The translations under genes and the position numbers were made by a program. Source: a virus. Taken from it: a stretch of 64,000 bases of DNA. Below the pieces are notes generated by a model. That model did not search any database. It was given only the letters and a program-made list of their open reading frames with translations, and was not told the origin of the DNA. The stretch spans positions 216,236-280,235 of IMG/VR virus record IMGVR_UViG_3300028029_000006; one strand, 5' to 3'. Position 1 is the stretch's first letter, and every line of letters begins with the position of its first letter. Below, in pieces: positions 58,745-64,000 of this stretch.

Positions 58745-58785
58745 GATGATATATCAATAATAAGACAGTGTTAAGCTGTCAAAAT

Positions 58786-58867
58786 AGAGTCGTTGCTGGG
58801 GGTCCGGCAGGAATACTTATAGATTTCCGGGAGAAATCCAGAGGTTCAACTCCTCACGACTCTACCA
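58786..58867 (+). tRNA. Atypical tRNA-Ile(UAU) with extra variable arm
   Basis: AGAGTCG/CGACTCT-A-CCA; GCTG/CGGC D-stem; loop CTTATAG; long variable region; GAGG-TTCAACT-CCTC. Confidence 0.7.
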
Positions 58868-58890
58868 ATTTAAAGTTTAAAATTGAATTA

Positions 58891-58967
58891 GGACGGGTTT
58901 CCGCTTGGAGCGGCCGTAGTAAGAAGCATCCCTGCGAGTGAAAGTTCGACACCTTCCCTGTCCACCA
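58891..58967 (+). tRNA. tRNA-like gene with a 12-nt anticodon loop (identity undetermined)
   Basis: GGACGGG/CCTGTCC-A-CCA; CCGC/GCGG D-stem; CGTAG-TAAGAAGCATCC-CTGCG; TTCGACA T-loop. Confidence 0.65.
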
Positions 58968-59377
58968 AAAGAGAAATAAATGCTATTAGTATTTGCAATT
59001 GGATCTATTTTAATTTTATTACTTGGAGTATCATTTGGTTTATATTCCTATATAAGATTTGAGAAAAATGTATCAATCGCTTATTTGATAATGCAATCTG
59101 TTTTTAAATTACAACTTTGTTGGTTGTCTTTGAGTATTTTTATTGCTATTATTTTATCTACATTTTAAGGATAGTTTATGTTATTAACAATGGTATTAGT
59201 TGGTGTAGGAATGTTATTAGCTATAGCTAGTATAGCTTGCTTACTTTGGCTTATTGAAAGTTATTTTGAAGATGCATTATCTAAATTAACATTTAGTTTA
59301 ATGATTTTCATATGCTCTTCAGTAGTTTGGTCAGTTTTTGTTTCTTGTTGTTTTTTCATTGCGAAAGGTATTTTATC

Positions 59378-59605
59378 ATGAGAAATTTTTGGAATAGTTG
59401 TCGAGTAGTTGTTGCGGAAGAAGGTGAGGATGCCAAGATTGTTTGGAAACGATATCGAGATAAGGCTCATAGAAATAAAGCCAAAGCATATCGTAGGAAG
59501 CGTGTAGTGGCCGGTGCTGCCTCCGATAGGGTTCGTGTAAGGCGACCCCGCTTCTACCGAGTCAAAGGCCGTAAGGCACATACTGCGGCCGAGCAATCGG
59601 CATAA
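59378..59605 (+). CDS. Small Arg-rich basic protein
   Basis: GAAAGG RBS before ATG 59378; GC-rich 3' half. Confidence 0.7.
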   Translation: MRNFWNSCRVVVAEEGEDAKIVWKRYRDKAHRNKAKAYRRKRVVAGAASDRVRVRRPRFYRVKGRKAHTAAEQSA

Positions 59606-60057
59606 GAGAAACGCATGGAAGGCGTTGACTTCATTGGCCTGCGATTTCAAGCAAAACCTCAACTAATAATTGAAGAATGTTTGAAAACCAATGATCCCAC
59701 TGAGGAGGTCAGGTTTGCTATTTTCGTTTTGATGGTTGTCGGATTAAAATCTACGGCTGACAAAGTAGCTGACTTGACCTCCTCGTTTGGAATTAATATT
59801 GAATTGGAACAGAATTTTGAATTATATTGATAGAAAAGATATATTCCCAGCTGAATATGGCGAAAAGATTGTAGTGTTTGGATCTGTAACAGAACAGTTC
59901 AGGCCAACCGTTTCTCACATGGAGTGGTTAAGTAATGAAGTTCGTTGGGAAATTGAACTGCTTTGGGAGAGTGGATGCCATTCTAGAGTATATTCTTCTG
60001 ACAAAGGCAACGTTTGGATTAACGAAAGTAAGTTCAAACCAACTGAATTGAATTAAT

Positions 60058-60411
60058 ATGCGTAGAAAAATTTGGAATTACTTAGAGATTGCTGGCCGAA
60101 CAGCATCAAAAAGAAAGCATGACCAACGTGCTTATTGGTTGGGAGCAGCAGCGGAACGATCTGATGGAGTGATTGTTACAAGTTGCAATGGGCCATCTAT
60201 TAAAAGAGCGCGCGAAGTACATGCGGAATATCGTTTGTCTAAGAAGTTAGATTATGGAGCAACGGTATATGTAGCTAGAGTTCGGGCATTGGATGGTAAA
60301 TTTGGAAATGCTAAGCCATGTAAGTCTTGTGAGAATGTTTTAAGAGCACGCAAGGTTAAGAAGGTTTATTACACGATTGGGCCGAATGAGTTTGGTGTAC
60401 TGTATTTGTGA
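60058..60411 (+). CDS. Cytidine/dCMP deaminase-fold protein
   Basis: HAE...KPCKSC zinc motif. Confidence 0.85.
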   Translation: MRRKIWNYLEIAGRTASKRKHDQRAYWLGAAAERSDGVIVTSCNGPSIKRAREVHAEYRLSKKLDYGATVYVARVRALDGKFGNAKPCKSCENVLRARKVKKVYYTIGPNEFGVLYL

Positions 60412-60440
60412 TAAATATTTTAAGAAAAGAAATTTAGAAG

Positions 60441-60821
60441 ATGAAAAAATCAATAGAAATCATTGCGAAATTTTATAATTGTTCAGAAATGAAATTTAAT
60501 TAAGATAACAAGTTAGATATGGACTCTAAAAAAGAATTTATATCTAAAATAGATTGGGAATATATATCAAGAAAACAAAAATTATCTGAAGATTTTATAA
60601 GAGAATTTGAAGATAAAGTATGTTGGGTTAATATTTCTTGGTTTCAGAATTTATCTGAAGCGTTTATTCGAGAGTTTAAAGATGAAGTAGATTGGGATGG
60701 TATATCTGAGCATCAAAAATTATCTGAGAATTTTATTGAAGAATTTAAAGAAGAAGTAACTTGGTTTGGTTTATCTGAACATCAGGATCTGTCTGAAGAA
60801 TTCATATTAAGGATGATATAA
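60441..60821 (+). pseudogene. Trp-repeat gene with in-frame TAA at 60501
   Basis: YNCSEMKFN*DNKL aligns with YNCSEMEFDLNGKL of 62653. Confidence 0.75.
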
Positions 60822-61411
60822 TGCAAGAATTAATTAGAAGAATATATAAACAATATAATTGTTTCATAGAGTTTAATTCAAATGGTAAATTAACTAAAGA
60901 ATCTAGAAAAAATTTTGAGAGTGAAGTAGATTTTAATTGGATTATTAGAAACATGACTCTATCAGAAGAATTCTTAATAGAATTTAAAGATAATTTTCAT
61001 TGGCCTGATGTGTTTTCTAATAAAAAATATTCAGAAAAACTCATTAAGTATATTTATACATCTATATCTTTTAATCATTTACATGAAGATTTTAAAAAAT
61101 TTAAAGAAAAAAGATTTTGGGAAACAGTTTCTTATCATCAAAATTTATCTGAAGATTTCATTAGAGAATTTCAAGATAAATTAAGTTGGGGTGACATATC
61201 TTCTGGCCAAATCTTATCTGAGGGATTTATTATAGAGTTTCAAGATAAAGTAGATTGGGATATAATATCTTTGAATCAAAAATTATCAGAAGATTTTATT
61301 AGAGAATTCAAAGATAAAGTGAATTGGGGTTGCATATCAGATCGTCAAATGTTATCTAAAGATTTCATTAGGGAGTTTCAGGACAAAGTAGATCGGACTT
61401 TATTATTATAA
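60821..61411 (+). CDS. Trp-repeat protein
   Basis: LSEDFIREFQDK repeats. Confidence 0.88.
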   Translation: MQELIRRIYKQYNCFIEFNSNGKLTKESRKNFESEVDFNWIIRNMTLSEEFLIEFKDNFHWPDVFSNKKYSEKLIKYIYTSISFNHLHEDFKKFKEKRFWETVSYHQNLSEDFIREFQDKLSWGDISSGQILSEGFIIEFQDKVDWDIISLNQKLSEDFIREFKDKVNWGCISDRQMLSKDFIREFQDKVDRTLLL

Positions 61412-62063
61412 GAATGATATAAGGAATAAATAGATGAATGAATATAAACTTAAAACTTGTACAATTTGTAGTGAAAACTTTAAATCCTTAACAAATATAT
61501 TGGATAAGTATAATTTTGATGATCCTATATGTTCTGATGAATGTTCAAGAATAGCTCAAGGAAAAACTTGGCCAAAAGAAGAGGATTGTCCAGGTTGTCC
61601 AAACAATATTAATTTGGATCATAAGTTAAGTTGTTCATATCGAGGTGGTTATATGAAAATTCCCATGATTCTAAAAAAAGAATAAATTAATAGTTATATT
61701 AAAAACAATGCGTAAACATCATTCTCAATACGGAATAACGTCACGTGTACTTGGACGTGAGTACATGAAGGTAGTTGATTATTTTAGCAACCTTAAGATG
61801 ATTGCCAAGTCATATCCATTTCGCAAAGTTCCATCTCATTTAAGAGAGATTTCAAAAGAATTAGCAATGGAACTTGCAGAAAAGAATCAGTAAATTGAAA
61901 TGTATATTAATAACATTATTGTTAATTGGTTGTCATGTACCACCAAAACCAGGACCAAATTGTTTATCTAAATGCGAACTAGATAATTCTAACTGCATAG
62001 AAGATGGTAGGAAGAAATGTTTGTGTTGTATTAACCATAGAGACTGTGTTAGGCATTGTACTG

Positions 62064-62669
62064 ATGAGAAAATTAATTGAAGATATTGCTTCCGAACACA
62101 ATTGTTCACCCCTTAAATTCTACTCAGGTAGATTAACTAAAAAATCAAAAACCATTTTTGAAAATGAAGTTGAGTGGTTTTATGTTATAAAACGTCAAAG
62201 AAATTATATATCAGATGAATTTATAAGAACATTTCAAGATAAAGTAAGTTGGTTTATGATCTCTCAATGGAGATCTTTATCAAAAGAGTTTATTATAGAA
62301 TTTAAAGATAAATTAGTGTGGAGTACATATTGTTATTGTAACCTACCATCAGAGGATTTTATTAGAGAATTTGAAGATGAAATATCTTGGAAAACCATAT
62401 CTAGTAGATCAATCTTATCTGAGGAATTCATAAGAGAATTTCAAGATAAAGTAGATTGGATAAATATATCTTGGTTTCAAGATTTATCTGAAGAGTTTAT
62501 TAGAGAGTTTCAGGATAAAGTAAATTGGTATGAAGTATCTAGATATCAAAAGTTATCACATTCTTTTGCAGTAGAATTTAAAGAAAAAATTGATTTTTCC
62601 ATTCTATTTAGAAGAGAGTATTTTTTAGAAATACTTATAGAAAAATATAATAATGAAGAAATTAAATGA
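62064..62669 (+). CDS. Trp-repeat protein
   Basis: Start MRKLIEDIA matches the family N-cap. Confidence 0.88.
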   Translation: MRKLIEDIASEHNCSPLKFYSGRLTKKSKTIFENEVEWFYVIKRQRNYISDEFIRTFQDKVSWFMISQWRSLSKEFIIEFKDKLVWSTYCYCNLPSEDFIREFEDEISWKTISSRSILSEEFIREFQDKVDWINISWFQDLSEEFIREFQDKVNWYEVSRYQKLSHSFAVEFKEKIDFSILFRREYFLEILIEKYNNEEIK

Positions 62670-63324
62670 ATTAATTGAAGATGTTGCTGCCAAATATAAC
62701 TGTTCAGAGATGGAATTTGATTTAAATGGTAAGTTAACTAAAGAATCAAGACAAGAATTTGAAGATAAAGTAAAATGGAATGCGTGTTGGCAGATTGATC
62801 TTTCAGAAGATTTCATTAGAGAGTTTCAAGATAAATTAACTTGGTATAAAATATCTCAATGGATAGATTTATCAGAAGAATTTATAAAAGATTACCAACA
62901 TGAGGTAAACTGGGATGATGTTTCTGAATATCAAGTACTATCTGAAAATTTTATTAGAGAATTCCAAGATAAAGTAAACTGGGATAATATTTCTAATAAT
63001 CAAGACTTATCAATTTCCTTCTTAGAAGAATTTTTTGATAAGATCACATATGTAAATGTACGTCAATATGAAAACTTATCAGAAAACTTCTTTAGAAGAT
63101 TTAAAGATAAGTTTTGTTGGTCTGATATATCTTACAGACTATTATCAGAAGATTTTATTAGAGAGTTTAAAGATGAATTAGATTGGGATGATATATCTTT
63201 TTATCAAAATCTATCTGAGAATTTTATTATTGAATTTAATAATCGTATCAATTTCAAATTGTTATTTAATAACAATAAACATTTTAAAGAATTCCTATTA
63301 AATAAGTATAAATATAATGAATAA
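62653..63324 (+). CDS. Trp-repeat protein
   Basis: About seven repeats. Confidence 0.9.
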   Translation: MKKLNELIEDVAAKYNCSEMEFDLNGKLTKESRQEFEDKVKWNACWQIDLSEDFIREFQDKLTWYKISQWIDLSEEFIKDYQHEVNWDDVSEYQVLSENFIREFQDKVNWDNISNNQDLSISFLEEFFDKITYVNVRQYENLSENFFRRFKDKFCWSDISYRLLSEDFIREFKDELDWDDISFYQNLSENFIIEFNNRINFKLLFNNNKHFKEFLLNKYKYNE

Positions 63325-63557
63325 ATTAATTAAAGAAATAGCTTCTTACCAAACAAGGTAAGTTATATAAAAAATCAAGAAAAGAATTTGAATATTATGT
63401 AGACTGGATAGGTATATCTATATACAAAAACTTATCAGAAGATTTTATTAGAGAATTCAGTAATAAAGTAGATTGGAATTGGATATCTTATAATCAAAAA
63501 TTATCAGAAGAATTTATTAGTACATTCAAACATAGATTAAATGTTAGTAACATTTAG
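63317..63557 (+). pseudogene. Frameshifted short Trp-repeat gene
   Basis: MNKLIKEIASY, then GKLYKKSRKEF...LSEDFIREF in another frame. Confidence 0.7.
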
Positions 63558-63568
63558 GAATAAATATA

Positions 63569-64000
63569 ATGAATAAACAGCTAGAAGATTTTTATCTTAA
63601 CAATGGAACAGATGATAAAGAACGAACGCTTGAATTCATCTTAGCCCAAGATGATGAATGGTGGGAGTTTACTCATGATTTTATTCAATGGGTTTTTCCT
63701 ACTGCTACCAAAAGCGGATTCAATCCAAATGCCCCTTTATTGATTAAGGATTCAGTGATGTCTTATCAGCCAAATAATTTAAATGATAATTATAATTTTG
63801 AAAGATCCTGTCTTAGATTTGTAAGATTCTTAGAATTAGATTCCGATAAACCTTGGTGGGTAGATAATGCTCCACATAACTATCTTCGTATCACAAGATT
63901 TCTTGAATCTATTAAAATAGTATTATTAAGACAAATAGCATATGGAGATTTGTACACCCCAGATATGATTAAAGTAATATCTCCGCAATTAAAACGAATT
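63569..64000 (+). CDS. OGFr (opioid growth factor receptor)-like domain protein, 3' truncated
   Basis: EFTHDFIQWVFP...SGFNPNAPLL...HNYLRITRFLESI. Confidence 0.82.
   Translation, partial: MNKQLEDFYLNNGTDDKERTLEFILAQDDEWWEFTHDFIQWVFPTATKSGFNPNAPLLIKDSVMSYQPNNLNDNYNFERSCLRFVRFLELDSDKPWWVDNAPHNYLRITRFLESIKIVLLRQIAYGDLYTPDMIKVISPQLKRI

Noticed and set aside
58786-58867. Ochre (UUA) suppressor reading of this tRNA
   Set aside because: C32-U33 placement gives UAU; a UUA register does not form an anticodon stem.
185-62816. Minus-strand ORFs in the track
   Set aside because: They shadow + strand genes or RNA genes and show no recognisable motifs.
1-64000. Wholesale stop-codon reassignment
   Set aside because: TAA, TGA and TAG all end genes normally; internal stops are sporadic and replace different residues.

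Overview
AT-rich fragment of a large (jumbo-like) bacteriophage genome. It is an accessory region with no structural or replication genes, and essentially all real genes lie on the + strand. Protein content: mostly short hypothetical ORFs, two expanded repeat families (about 15 copies of an LHRxxDxPAxExxNGxKxWYxNG beta-hairpin repeat; about 9 copies of a 22-aa LSEDFIREFQDKVDWxxISxxQ Trp repeat) and a conserved hydrophobic C-terminal module fused to members of both families. Also present are an HNH endonuclease, a truncated Rnl2-type RNA ligase, ClpP, two nucleotidyltransferase-like proteins, a cyclic-phosphate receiver-domain protein, a deaminase, two MqsA-like proteins, several Cys-rich lipoproteins, an OGFr-like protein and a nonsense-inactivated TnpB. 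The non-coding layer is rich. It holds tRNAs for A/U-rich codons (Leu-UAA x2, Arg-UCU x2, Arg-CCU, Lys-UUU, Ile-UAU, CAU), a CUA amber-anticodon tRNA, a family of D-stem-less tRNA-like RNAs, a type II hammerhead ribozyme and a repeated small pseudoknot. Two tandem micro-ORFs, MNNSRGPP, have synonymously diverged codons and an arrest-peptide-like RGPP motif. Together these suggest an undescribed phage module acting on translation. A GC-rich, possibly myxobacterial, host is inferred but not shown. All calls were made by eye; no searches were run.
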